Source: Selaginella moellendorffii
Taxonomy: Eukaryota; Plantae; Lycopodiophyta
DNA: 64,000 nucleotides
Direction of reading: 5' to 3'
NCBI RefSeq assembly: GCF_000143415.4
Contig: NW_003314262.1
Coordinates: 4,249,816 to 4,313,815, forward strand
In this document: positions 47,852-61,909 of the stretch, in pieces
Layout of the letters: each line of letters starts with the position of its first letter
Numbering within the stretch: position 1 is the first letter of the stretch
Program-made: the position numbers and the translations under genes
Notes under the pieces: generated by a model
What the model was told of the DNA's origin: nothing
What the model saw: the letters and a program-made list of their open reading frames with translations, nothing else
The model's database searches: none

Positions 47852-50581
47852 TGTAGGTGACTAAATTTTCCATTCTACTTTAGTCACTTAACCACACATC
47901 TGACAACTTGGAGGAGTCTCACTCACAACCTCCACAAGTCCTATTCTAGACTTGGGGCTTGCTAGCCCCGAGAATGGCATCTCTACCACTCAACCTTTGT
48001 GTAAGCTTCTGAGTTTGGTCTTTCTGGGAGATCACCTAGCCCAATACTATTCAAGGACACTTAACCCTAAGGACACTTAACCCCAAATATCTCAAGACCC
48101 TTAATTTATTAGAAAAGGGGGTGCACTTTTGTTCATGGGCCCTTTCCCTCTATATTTGAACTCTTATGAATTATCTCTTGAGTCATTCCCTTTGATTGTT
48201 TACATTCCACAGATCGAATGGTCAATGCTCCCAATCCAAGTATGGGTGGCACTACCTACTTAGATACCTGACGTGGCTCATCGGAAACTTGCTCTAGCCA
48301 CATAGCTAGGGCACCTAAAGGCAGAAGGTGGGGAGAGTACCCAGGAGGCTCACGTAGGGCTATGGTGCTTCAAAATGCTGTCCAAAAGTCCTAAACTATG
48401 GAAAAGAAGAGGAGCAAACCTTTCATGTAATGACCAAGGATACAATCACATGGCAAGGAAGTCCTAAAGGATAGTGGGACTTAGTGGTCGGGCCTATGGG
48501 CCTTGACCTAGTGGCAATGTTGGCAAACACAGCCATGGTTAGAAAGGGACTTATGGGGATCGAAAAAGGGATATTAGGGAATGTTATTCCCCATGTCTGG
48601 GGGCATCTTAAAGATGCTAAGGAGTGGATCTAGGATGATCACTCATGGATAGATAGCTCAGTCTTCAATAGATTGGACTGTGATGTAGGTGGTGTTAGAT
48701 CATTAGCGTGACAAAGGTGAATGGGCATAGCCTTAGTATAACGGGCTGATATGTCAGTGGTACCTTTAGGTATCGGTCATGGGATCGGACACATGGAGCA
48801 CTTGGACCAAGTGCATAGATTGAGTGGTATAGATGCCATTCTTAGGGCTAATAAGTCCCAAGTTTGGAAGAGGACTTATGGAGGTTGTGAGTGAGATGGT
48901 TGGAGGTGTGGTTCAATAAAGCCCAACTTATGGACACGTCGGGCCACACTGAACTGTGCGCTGCCGTCTTCGGCTTTTTTTTCAATACNNNNNNNNNNNN
49001 NNNNNNNNNNNNNNNNNNNNNNNNNNNNNNNNNNNNNNNNNNNNNNNNNNNNNNNNNNNNNNNNNNNNNNNNNNNNNNNNNNNNNNNNCACTTGGTCCAA
49101 GTGCTCCACATGTCTGATCCCATGACTGACACCACAAAGGTACCACCAACATACCAACATATCGTTATGCTAGGGCCATGCTCATTCACATTTGTCATAT
49201 CGGTGGTCTAACACCAACTATATCACAGTCCCATCTCTCAAAGACTAGGCCCTTCATCCATGAGTGATCTTCCCAAATCCACTCCTTAGCATCCTTAGGA
49301 TGCCCACAAATATGGGGAATAACCTTCCCCAATATCCCTTTTTTGTTCCCCACCAAATCCATTTCTATCTATGGCAACACCAACATTGCCACTAGATCAA
49401 AGCCCACAGGCCCGACCACTATCCTTTGGGACTTCTTCACCATGTGACCGTATCTCTGGTCACTACACCAGAGGACTACTCCTCTTCCTTTCCACAATCT
49501 AGGACTGTAAAATAATATTTCAGAACAACATGGGCTTACGTGAGCCTCATGGGTACTCTCCCCACCTTCTGCCTTTGGGTGTTTTACTTATGGGCTTAGT
49601 GCAAGGTTCTGTTGAGCCACACTAGGTATCCAAGTAGGTAGTGCTACCCATGCTTGGATTGGGAGCATCGACTATTCGATCTCCCAGGGGAACAACAGCC
49701 GGCTCTTGAATACTTCACCAAATTACCCTACTTGTCAGTCCATATTCACTCTAGCTTTGGACTCCTCAGTGGATATATCCTCACCCAACACTTAGGTATA
49801 GCCTTTCTAGGTCACACTAGCCTTTCCTGGCCAAACTGGCTCCACTGGTGTCCAACCCCCACACTCTCCCTACTATACTTCACCCAATAGCCTGTATTAG
49901 TATTCGGACTCAAACTCAGACTCGGTCTCAGTCTCAATTTTGGACTCAAACTCGATCTCGGTCTCAGTCTCGGTTCCATCTCAGACTCCATCTCAGGTCC
50001 ATCTTGGACTCCATCTCAAACTCCATCTCGTGTCCATCTTGGGTCCATCTTAGAGTCCATCTCAGACTCCATCTTGGGTCCATCTCGAACTCCATCTCAG
50101 ATTCCATCTCGGGTCCATCTCAGACTCCATCTCAGACTCTATCTCAAACTCCATCTTGGACTCCATCTCAGACTCTATCTCAGACTCCATCTTGGACTCC
50201 ATCTCAGACTCCATCTCGGACTCCATCTCAAACTCCATCTCAGGTCCATCTCAACACTTCCATGTGTCATATGTTGGTCCTCTTGTATCCCTTTTTTAGA
50301 GACTCACTAATTGCTCACTTTGAGCTTGTTCCTCAAGCCCTTCGTTAGGAGTTCCACTCCCACTCTCAACTTTTCAAGTCGGAGCTTTTAGTCCAAATGT
50401 GTTACACTCATTTGGCTTTTGCCTCAGCCACTACCACATGGCACCCTTTTGGCTCCTTTTTGGGGCCCAAGAATTTTATATCTCACAGATAAGACTTATG
50501 GAGGTTGTGAGTGAGACTCCTCCAAGTGGTTGGAAGTGTGGTTAAGTGACTGAAGTAGAATGGAAAATTTAGTTGCTTATA
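47852..50581. mobile_element. Cluster of LTR-B fragments in both orientations (47852-47998, 48213-48915, 49089-50487, 50488-50581)
   Basis: Matches to 22693-24465 or its reverse complement. Confidence 0.85.
48989..49088. other. Assembly gap (100 N)
   Basis: Run of N. Confidence 1.
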
Positions 50582-53500
50582 CATTGATGACATCTTAATT
50601 TCTAGCGAGACACTAGAGGACTATGTCGAACACTTGACGAATGTGTTTGATAAACTAAGGAAGTACATGCTATATGCTAAAGAGAGCAAATATAACTTTG
50701 CTCAACAAAAGGTAAAGTTTTTCGGGCATGTGGTGGGCAAGGATGGGCTCAAGGTGGACCTTGAAAAGGTCCAAGAAATCTAGGAATGGGAATGACTATC
50801 GAATGTATATGAGTTAAAGGCATTCTTGAAGCTATGCAACTACTATTTGAAGTTTATCAAATACTATTCAAGAGTAACTCTGTGTTTAATAGACCAAAAG
50901 GGAAAAAGAAAGATGGTATAAATAGTAGAATGTAAAGTAGCATCTATTTACCTCAAAGGGAAATTGAGGAAGATTCCCATGTTAGCATTACTAAACTTTG
51001 GTAAAAACTTCAAGGTAGAAACAAATACTTTAGACTTTGTGTTAGGTGCAATTTTGAAACAAAACAACCACCCAATAACATTCTACTCGAAGAAGTTGGA
51101 CAAGGCTCAGTGAAAGTGGCCTGCCCATAAAAAGGAACTATTTGTGGTGGTCAAGGGGCTCAAGGAGTGGTGACACTACCTTGGGAGGCACTTTAAAATT
51201 TACACAGATAATGTGGTAATAAAACACTTTTTATCACAACCTGACCTACGAGGAAAATAAGCTCAGTGGGCCAATGTTTTGGCTGAATTTGATTGTGAGA
51301 TTCTATATAAATCTGGGAAAAGTAACATCATGGTAGATGCTCTAAGTAAAAAAAAAAAAAGCTTGAAGTTAGCAATATCCAACATAACAAAAACCTTTTG
51401 GGATGATGTGTGGACAACATATAAGAAAGATGGTCTAACACAAGAAGTGTTGCTAAGGAACCAAGAGGCATGAGATGCTCACTAAAGAGGTGAGTCACTT
51501 ATGGAAGAGAAAATAGCTTATATGAAATGCAAATGGATTCATCTATTATAAATAGACAAGGGTGTATATTCCATAAGGGAAACTAAAGAAGGCAGCCTTA
51601 AAAGAGTGTCATGATGAACTTCTTGTGGGATATAGCAGAGTCCCCAAAATGATAGGCTTACTCAAGAGAAAGTATCACTGGCCAGACATGGCTAAAAATG
51701 TTTAAAACTATGTAAAAACATGTTTAATATATTAGCATGTTAAAACCATGACTAAGGCTTACAAGGGCTTGTTACAAAGCCTCCAATTCCATATTGTCTA
51801 TGAAAATGTTTTATAATACACTTTATTATGAGACTCCCCCCAAGTGAGGGGTTTAATGTGATATTCATAGTGGTGGACCAGTTTTCGAAGATGGCACATT
51901 TCATAGCCACCACAATGGAAGTGGATGCGGAAAATGTGGCAAAGTTGTTCTTTGAATAAGTGGTTCAAGTGCGGGGAAGGCCAAAAGAAATTATCTCAGG
52001 TCGAGATAAGATCTTCACCAGCAAGTTCTAGAGAAATCTCTTGGAACAATATTGCGCCAAATTAAAATTTAATACAGCCTATCACCCACAGACAAGTATT
52101 AGGTATTGAGTCAAGTTTAATGGCATTGACACTTCTTGACAAATAAACAAATGAAAAAGGTAAATAGGCAATTGGAGGATTATTTGCAATGCTATATCTT
52201 TGAAGATTAGACTGATTGGGTAAGTCATTTGGGACTTGCGAAAATGTGCTATAACAACTCACCATATTCGAGTATCGAAGTGAGTCCATAGGAATTTATT
52301 AATAAGTGACTTAATGAAGGTCCTAAAGAACTCAATATAGCTGAATATCATAGAGTTACCTGCAGTGGAGGCATTCACAGTGGAAAGACTCAACATTTGG
52401 AATTTAGTAAGGGATTCATTGGAATAAGCTCAACAAAGGTAAATCAAAAGTGCTAGGATATAAAGTTCCAACTTGGGGAGAAAGTGTGGTTAAACACCAA
52501 GGACCTAAGGTTACCAAGTGGGATCAACTGAAACTTGACCCAAAGGTTAAATGTATATATCCTTAGAAATGAACTGATCTTAAGTTCCTTAAACAAGTTC
52601 GTGGGGCCTTATAGGATTGAGGCTCGAATTGGTAAAGTGGCTTATTGCCTCTGACTTCCTCGGAAGATGGGGAAGATGCACCATGTGTTCCATGTGAACT
52701 TACTCAAGCCGTATTTTGAGGATCCTCTTCCCATGGACGAAGTAACACTTTTATCCGAGATTATCTAAGGGGAAGAGGAATACAAGGTCAAAGCCATCCT
52801 CAATGCACACAAGAGCAAGTGACAAAGATACAAAGTGAGGGAGTTCCATATGAAGTGGAAAAGATTTCCATTCTGTGAAACAACATAGGAACTGGAGGAT
52901 AACCTAGTGAATACATAAGATCTAGAGGAGGAATTTTTGCAAAGTAAACTCTATGTATTTATGTAGAATTCAATTAAAGTATCCATTTATAAAATTGAGC
53001 AATGTCATATAGGCACACCGAAGGTAAACTAATTAACATGGGTTAACTAGGTCAATTAGGCATAGGGAGTTACACCCGACACCCCACAGAGATATTAAAT
53101 CTGTAAACATATTCTACAGAGGTTGGGTTCAAGTCCCAACCCTCTAGTAAAGCAAGGCTGGGTTCAAGTTCCAACCTTATACTAGGGCATGGTGAGGTGA
53201 GGGGTATAGAGACATTTATATCCCGTTGACATGGGTCTTAGTCAAAGAGGCTAACTTAAGTACACCACTAAGTGGGGGGATGCCCTATGGTCAACAAGTT
53301 GTAGGGATTAAAAAGAGACATTCGATGTGGGTGTTGAATTTCTTTTATAGGTGGTAGAGTTGTAAAGAACCAACCCCTTAACGCGTCATAAGCTAAAGGA
53401 TCTTTAAAACCACAACTGAAATGATAAAGAGTTCATTAGATGAAACTGAATTCGAGATCGAGTCTGAGATTGACTTTGAGATTAAGTTCGAGACCAAGTC

Positions 53501-54247
53501 TGGGATCAAGTCCAAGACTAACTCCAAGACTGAGTCAAAGATTGAGTTCGAGACTGAGTCCAAGATCCAAGATGGGGTCCAAGACCGAGTCTAAAACTAG
53601 GTTCGAGATCAAGTCCAAGACCAAGTTCAAATACTAACACCAGTTGTGAGGTGAAAGCCTAAAATGTGTGTCTCCCACTGGGGGGGGTTCCAAAAGTATA
53701 GAGTAGAGATAGTGAGGTTTACGAATTAGTCTTGAAAGAACTCTCTAGAGTTGCTTTCAAACTAACTTAAGGCTGAAATTGGGGGCTAGAGGCCTTAGAT
53801 GGGAGTGAGTATGGAGTCAGGTGGTGCTAGAGAGGCCACCCAAAGAAGTGCTCATACCCATACTAAGCTTATGGTGTTTCCCCTTGGTGTCTTGAAGCAA
53901 ATGATGCACTTAAGGCTTGGGATTTAGAGGGTTTCATAATTAAGTCTTGTTGTACCAAAAGATATTAGGAACTTGGAGGCTTAGTGTGTTTGGCTAATTC
54001 TACTTACGGGGAGTGTAGCCGAACCTTAACTTTAGTCTAACCCAGGAAGGGGGATTATAAGAGAATTTAGGAATCTGTTGACGAATGGCTAACGCTTCAT
54101 TGCTTATGTAGCAAGTAATTGAAACTAAGTAGGAGATGGTACAATTGGCAAAAACTTTGGCAAGGTAATTTAACTAAAGCCAAAGCAATAGTAGTTAAAT
54201 AAACAAGGTAAGCTGATAAATTAGAAAGGAAAAATTTATAGCTTGCC
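50582..54247 (+). mobile_element. 3' part of a family-A chromovirus: RT (from IDDILI), RNase H, integrase, chromodomain (~52770-52915), structured 3' region, 3' LTR-A 53361-54247
   Basis: IDDILI, HKKELFVVV, YKSGKSNIMVDALS, CHDE, AYHPQT, FVGPY; EEYKVKAILN..EFHMKWKRFP..ETT*ELEDNL; many stops. Confidence 0.88.
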
Positions 54248-55006
54248 ATTGTTAAACTATGTCTATTTTTGTGATGCTTAAGCATATTTAATACAAAGTA
54301 AATGGCTGATTTTTTAATATTGATTGCAAGGCACTAAAATATATGGCAAAAGACCAAATCTAGTGGGTAATGCAACAAACCTTCTTTATAATGCAATTTT
54401 TAAAGTTTATTACTATATTGTTATGCTCTCAAATCCTACTATATTTAAAATATAAACATATTTATGTAGTGAATATCTTAATATGGTCTTGCGATCACAA
54501 AAACTTAAATTACATTAAATTTACCTAACATTTTGTGATTTTATAGAGGAAAAGTGTGTGTGAGCTTATGATACTTGTACTTGATCCATATTGCAAAACA
54601 TATATAGGTGCTTTATCCCATTGATAATATGCATTTGGAAATGAATAGTATCATTATCAACCTTGATAAGGGATTTTTTTTTATTGTAGAGCAACATTTC
54701 AGGAAGAATGACTTGAATTTCACTATATGAAATTGTGGTATAGTGAAATTCTAGTGAGTTTTTTTTTGTGTATGACCTAAAAAACACCCTTCATTGTACC
54801 ACTTCTTATTCTAATTATTAATTGATTTGTAATTTCCATTTTCAATCAAACATCTACTCATCTGTAGTACACAGTTCTTAATGGATTAATGGTGGCTCTA
54901 ATAAAAACTTTGGCAATAGTGATGATCATCCCATTCACCCCAACACTATTTGGAGTAGTGAGAACCTCTTGAGGGTTTTGTTATATAGCTATAGAATGTA
55001 ATATAG

Positions 55007-55172
55007 CTATAGAATGTAAAGATTAGCTTGAACACAATGGTGTTCGTCCCATGTCCAAATTCGCAATCTAAGGCCATTCTATATTTAGCACTAAATATGA
55101 AATAGCCTTAGATTGTGAATTTGGATACGGGACAAACACTATTGTGTTCAGGCCGATCTCTACATTCTGTAG
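55007..55172. repeat. Long imperfect palindrome; ~82-bp arms around a 2-nt centre (55089-55090)
   Basis: ctatagaatgtaaagatt..atatttag CA ctaaatat..gatctctacattctgtag. Confidence 0.9.
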
Positions 55173-56529
55173 ATATGCCAAATGAGCTAATCTAGACACT
55201 TTCCATAAATAGCACTTGGGACCGAAATGAGACTAACACAAAGGGTATGATAGCAAGGGTGTTTAGTAAACACAATAATTTATCATTTAACGAATATTGA
55301 GGGACTAGTCTCAATATCACAGGGGTTCCCAACACTAGCAAGTGCAAGTCAACAAATGAGTTTCTCTAACCAAGTCAAGTATGTTTGACAAATAGCATGT
55401 AAAAATTCCGTCCTTATGCTCATCTGGTGAAGTGCACACGCGATGACTAGTTTCTCAATTAGCTTGAGTGGAAACCATAAAAGGGATCAGCAGTACCGAC
55501 CAGTAAGGAAAAAGTGCCCGTAAGGACTAGCCGACAAGTATCTTTTGATACCCGAAGTCACATTCGCAACAAGGACCTAGGGAAAGTGTAAAAGTGCTTA
55601 CCATATATGTTTCGGTAGAAGTTTTGAACAATAGTGTTAAAAAAAAAATAGGTGTTGTAAGGGTCAAACAATATAATGCCCTAAGTATAGTCAGCTTCTT
55701 CTTTAGTACCTCTCATATTGAGTAGTCATCCTAATAAATCATGAGAAATTGCAAATATAGTAAGTATGAGGCAACAAGAAAATTAGTGAGTTACTTAATT
55801 GATAACTTTAGTGCATTGTAGGTTTTTTCCTATGGAATGAGTGAGTATTGAGGTGAACATGCTAGGCACATTGGTGTTACTGGACGATTTGCATCAACTA
55901 CAAGAAAGAACAAAATTTATAAAGAAACAATTTCAAGATCTTTTTTCAAACTTTACGTGTACATTCGTTTTTGGGATAAACTAAGTGTAAACATATTTGC
56001 TCCCAAGATTTAGAATATGTGCCTAGCCTTTTCAACTGCCTTTCTCACATATAAGCAAAATTGAGTAATGGATTCTATGCTCAATAATACCAATTAAAGC
56101 ATTTCTCAAGCTTGATCACTATGAGATCTGTACATACATTCATACTTAGACAGCATTTCAAAAAATGGAAAAAATTCAAACCTCAAAAGACAAGAAAGAA
56201 CTATAGCAGAGGGCATTTAATGGTAATGTATCTTCCAAAAGTTTACTTTGTAACACACCCAAATCGCTTTTAAAATATTTAGCTTTAGCAAGCACTCATT
56301 TGTAAAGAAGCTCAAATTTTGGAATTTACCTCTTATGACTCTAATATTGTGGCAACATTCCTTGGAGCAATAGTGCATCTTGACTAACCTTTTGAATCCA
56401 CACTCTATCCCATGATTTCACATGGTAATTGGCACCTTTTGAACTTGGATTCTTGTTGGAAATGCCAAAATTGTGAAATTTCTAGGAGCATCAAGCATTA
56501 ACTGATCCAAAAAAATGACATAGACCACA

Positions 56530-59500
56530 AGAATATTTTAAGAATATTTTATGGCCTAAGGGATTTAGGGCTAGGACATGGTAGAGTTTACTCCCTATTT
56601 ATTTCATTTGGATTTAAGTTGCATGTTCTTTTGAGGATGGCAAAAGAGCAAAATATTTATCTTGACAAGGAGTACATATAATGTCAATGATGATGGCCAT
56701 AACAAGGAAGAAGAATTTATTGATGTCATCATGAGGGAAGGATGCCAAAATTATTAAGGTTTAGAGTGACATCAAGGAAGTGAAAGGTTTTATTACTTTA
56801 TTAAAGATGTTTTATTTTTTATGGACTCTCAATGTTTGTGATTACCATTGGTACATCAAACATACCAAATATTATAGTATTATACAATGAAAATCATCAC
56901 CAAATATTTGTGATAACCAAGAGGTTGATTGTTTGTTAAAGTCATGAAAAAAAAATTTATCTCATAATCTTTGTGAGAACAAGGTGAGATTAACTTTTTT
57001 GTGACAAAACTTAAGAGAAAACTACATAATTTGTAACTAACTTCTTGAATTAATTTGATAAAGGTTTAAGGAATTAAAGAGAACAGCTTAAGAGGTGGTT
57101 CATAAAAGTTCAAATATAGAGAGAAGAGCCTATGAATAAAAGTGCACTTTTACACAACAATTTAAGGAAAAAATTTGTCACTAACTTTATATTCTTGATT
57201 TGATTAATCTTTTGTTTTGTTCTTGAGTTTGTCTCATGTTCAACTTTGCCAACTCAAGCTTATCTTGCATATCCTCTAAAAAATCACAAGTATAAGGCAT
57301 TCAAACTAAAGCTAAACTCAAACGTATGGGAAACCTTAGCTCATACTCATATATTGCTATGAATAAATATATATCAATAGTTGATTATTGAATGCTATTG
57401 TGAACAAATTGAAGTAAAGGCAAGTATTTTTCCCATACTCCTTGCCAAGTTAAGTTTGAAGCTTCATTTGAACCAATGGGAAAAGGACAACAATTATTTT
57501 CATTGCCAAATTGAATATCATAATAAGGATTGTTTTGTTATAAAGAGGTTAAAAATAAAGTGAATATGGTGGAATCTATTGTGGATAAAGCTTAAACATT
57601 TGCAATAGTGACTCTTCTACATCCTTAGTGAAAATTCATGAACATAAGTCTTGAGTTCATATTAACTTTGTAGAGCTCAATGGTTTTATATACAATCAAC
57701 TGGTAAAGGCTAAAAGAAACAATGACGTTAACATTTTTTTCAATATAGGTATTACATACAACTTTTTAAGCTCTAAAATGGTGAAAAAACTTGATTTGTT
57801 TATGGAAAAGAGCTTGGTAATCTGAGGTGGTTATGGTAGATAAATGTAACATTGTGTTCACAATTTATAGGCTCAAAATGTTCCTTTAATAGTTCAAGGG
57901 ATTCTCGACCATCTTTCATTCCAAGTTATGTTTGTTGTACAGATGCTATTTTTGGGAAGGAATAAGTTTACAATAGGAAGCCAGGGATCGATTAAAAGTG
58001 CAAGATCTTGACTATTGAAGTTGGTGGCATTATGATTATTAGGACAAACAATAATGATACTTTGTTGATTAATATTTTAGAGCTAGTGATTAAGCATCTT
58101 ATGGTCAAGATAGTTAGGGTTATATTACTTCAAGTTAGGCATTCTCTTACATACATAAGCCATAAGTTTGATGCTATACAATAAAATTGACCTACTCAAG
58201 ATAAAGAATTATATGCCATAATCGCTTTGTGAAGGAATAGTGATATTATTTGTATGGATTGGACTTCCATATGAATCCAAACCATTAATCTCTTTATTAA
58301 TTCAATCATCAAAAAGACCTTTAAGATTATTTTGCTCATTAGTAAAAATTCCTGCAAAAAATGCTATTAAGATCCAATATAAATATGGAAGCCATAATAA
58401 AGTGGCTGATGATTTATTCAGGATGATGAATTCTATGAAGTCACATAATGATCTCTTGGATGAGTTTAAGGAGTTTGCTAACTTTAACTCTTTTATCACT
58501 AATATTTATGTGAAGGTTTTGTTGAGGGATGCCTTTACAAATTTCAAGGGTGATAAATTTGCATTATTTGATATATAAGATAGAATTTTGTCAAATAAGG
58601 GATATATAATGGTTCTTTGTGTTATTAAATTCATCAATATAATTAGTTAAGTGTCATGACATGTCAAGTGTTGGGCATCTAAGGGTATTGAGGAAGTATA
58701 TATTAGTTAAGAGGCATTTCTTTTAACTTAAGATTAAGTTAGATATTAAGAAATATGTATGTGATTATTTGATTTACTAAAAAATTAAATTTGATCATCA
58801 AAAACTCACTAGCCTTTATCATCCTCTATATGTAACTAAGAATAAGTCTTGATAACTAATCTGCTCAAGATGTTTCAAGGAAATGATGTTATTTAGGTTG
58901 TTGTAGATCATTTGACAAAAATAACTCACTTTTCCCTAATGAAGATGACAATCAAAACTTTTAACTTGCTTAGGTATTTATAAATTAATTATTCAATCTT
59001 TATAGTTTTTTATGTGATATTGTAAGTGATTGGGATCCCAAGTTCATGTCTAAGTTTTAGAAAATGGTTTTTGAGAAACTAGAAATTAAGTTGAGCATGA
59101 GTAGTGCTCATTTGATCCACAATTAAATAAGTAGATAGAGTGTATAAATAAATTGTTAGAAAATATGTTAAAGGTTTTTGTAAGAAACTTGACTTGGCAA
59201 GATCTATAGGAGAAGTATTTGCCTTTGCTCCAATTTACTTATAATAGCACTTAATAATTAGGTATTGGCATGCCTTTATATAGCTATGAGCTATAAAAGT
59301 TTGACTTTGACTTTGAAGGCCTTATGCTTGTGATTTCTTAAAGGATATGCAAAATAAATTTAAGTTGACAAAGTTGAACAAGAGACAAAGTCAAGAACAA
59401 GATAAAATATTGGCTAATAAACTTTGTTATTTAAAGTACAAAGTTATCAGGAGGTAGTAGTGCTAAATTCTCTCTATAATATTGTGGGCTTTGGACAATT

Positions 59501-60330
59501 TTACAACATGTGGGGGATCTTATTTACACTTTGGACTTGCTAACTAGTTCAAATATTTATCTAATGTGTGAGTAAACGTAAAAGGCATTTGCATTCTAGA
59601 TTAGTCCAACATTTAGGACTTGGAGATTAATGTTGAGAAGGTTGGTTCAACTAATATTTTCAAAGGTTAGTGATGTTGCAAGACAACTTAGGAGTTGTTA
59701 GTTTAGTGAAATGGTTATTTCATAAATAAAGCTACATAAAAACTAAGGATAGCGTGAAAACAATATTTCCAAGTTTTAGTTACAATTTAGATGACACCCC
59801 TGAGGAAGGAGAAAATTGAATTCTATAGCTATATTGCTATATTATTTGAGCTATTATTTTATTTTTCTCTTGTTTATTATCATGAGAAAGTTATATTGCT
59901 TTCTTTCATAATTTATCTCATTTGCACTTCTGTTTTTTGGCTATATTGCCTTTCAGTTAAGGTTGTGGGAGGGTAAAATATAAGAATATTTTAAGAATAT
60001 TCCATGGCCAAGGACTTGACTGCCCTAGCACAAAAAAACTCCTTCCACTCGTGCACACCATGCCTCACCACAAGTTTATATACCAACAATGCTATCATTT
60101 GAGCCTGAAGATTATTCCTTAGTATGCAAATCTCAGGTAGGTACACATGGTAGGACTGTGATGAACCATTAGATAGTCCTCCTTGATGGAAAGAGAATGC
60201 CATCATTGAGAGGGCCAGCATGCAGCCATTCTTGGGAGCTGAATTCCAAAGCCTGTGATATGTGATTTAGGGCAAACCATTGTGGATTTATTTTAGTCAA
60301 AAGTTCATAATCATAGTCAATTTATATACT
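56530..60330 (+). mobile_element. Old, AT-eroded Ty3/Gypsy remnant
   Basis: Residual PTQDKEL, YKYGSHNKVADDL and VSDWDPKFMS motifs; aagaatatt(t)taagaatatt repeated at ~56530 and ~59982, the latter after a purine tract; boundaries approximate. Confidence 0.6.
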
Positions 60331-61033
60331 TAATTTCACGAGTTTCTAGCCTGTTATTTTGGTAAGGTCATTTGGCACCAAATATTCATAATCTCTGGGA
60401 TGTTTGAAAAGGAAATGCATTCACACAAAAGATGTCAAAAAAGATTTCATTGTCCTTCTACTTTTGATAGATCTTTTGTCATGCTCCAATCTTTCAGTGA
60501 CAGCACGGCAGTGCCAGCTTGGCCTGGCACCTGCACGCTAGGGTTTGCTCCAGTGAGCACCACATGAGCCTCTTCCTCATCGAGACGTATGGGTGGTGCG
60601 GTGGTGTAGAGATGTATGCGTGCTAGTTGTTCCTCTTGCTGCCGGATCGCAATGTTTTCTCCTAGAATATTATGATCCAATGCCTGATCCAGAATGGACT
60701 TGTCAAGGAGGCTGTGGGGATGTTTGATCGGATGCCAGTCAGGAGCATCTTCTCCTGGAATTTGATGATTGCAGCAAAAGCTCAGACAGGAAACATGCAC
60801 TAGGTGGATCTCTCTGATCAGATGCCGCAGAAGGACATTGTCTCTTGGAACTAGATCGTTGCTGGCTAAGTCCAAAACGGAGAAATCTCGAAAGCACTAG
60901 CTCTCCAATCAGATCCCGAGCATGGTGTTTTCTCTTGGTCAGCAGCAATCACAGCAAATGCCCAGACAGGGACTCTTGCGGCCTCTGTGGATTGTCTTCT
61001 CCACAATGCAGAGTGGAATGGATCGCTTGGAAC

Positions 61034-61909
61034 TATTGGAGATGTACACTCTCCATGACATGAGAGGTCTACATAACATGTATTCCAATCATAGATTAGA
61101 GAGCGATATTGTATTGTATTATGTAGAGCTATGATGATATTTGAGTATATCCATCCATAGTCCACTATGCTTCCGCTTGTTTACAACATGGTATCAGAGC
61201 CTTGAGGGCTCCAGATCCTGGGACGATGGTCGCTGGCAAGGATGAGGCCAGCAAGGAGGACGACGAGCCATCTGATATGGCTGTCAAGGGTGCTTCCTCT
61301 TGGGCACTAAGGGCTGAGCGCTGTGGTGTTGAACGGTTGACCATGAGGCTGAGTGCTGATCATATGCAGAGGTGCTGATGTTAAAGTGCTATGCTGAGCG
61401 GCTGTGTGCTGTGCACTGATCTAGCTGAGATTGCTAGGGCGCTGGATGCAGAGAGAGACGCTGCTTGTTGGGCTGGGATGAGGGGCTGAGAGGGCGCTGT
61501 GGAGTCGGGGCTGTGGAGTCCTAGGCACTGCTGAGTGGGGATAGAGTGCTGGTGCTGTTGAGCATTGTCCACACAATGTTGCCATCTGGTGCTGCATTGG
61601 CGTGGTGTGACATGGCCTAAGACTTGGATCAAGAGATGGGAACCTCCAGAGTTTTTTTGGGTATGTCCCTGCTCTCTTGCTCTTATCAAGGTGTCACCTT
61701 GAGAGGGAGCACAGAGAGAGATCCTAGATCCCTGTGTTCTTGGCTTGGATGGGATGAGGATGGAGAGGGAGAGTGACCCTACTGTGCTTTGGGGAAGATT
61801 TATAGTGTTTCAACGATGCATGTCTTGCCACCTCATAAATCCATGTAGGCTAGAGAGGGATATGAGCATATCTATTTATCGTCCACTACACTTCCACTTG
61901 TTTACCATA
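61034..61909 (+). mobile_element. Small non-coding LTR element (TRIM or deleted Copia-like), 876 bp
   Basis: TSD GGAAC (61029-61033, 61910-61914); 5' LTR 61034-61188 followed by a perfect Met-i PBS TGGTATCAGAGC; the right end repeats gtccacta..cttcc.cttgtttac. Confidence 0.8.

Noticed and set aside
48916-48988. Non-LTR sequence just before the N gap
   Set aside because: Likely low-quality contig end; nothing interpretable. Continuity of elements across the gap is uncertain.
55600-56500. Possible decayed DNA-transposon coding sequence (also 38150-38660 and 39055-39750)
   Set aside because: No diagnostic motif could be read; left unannotated
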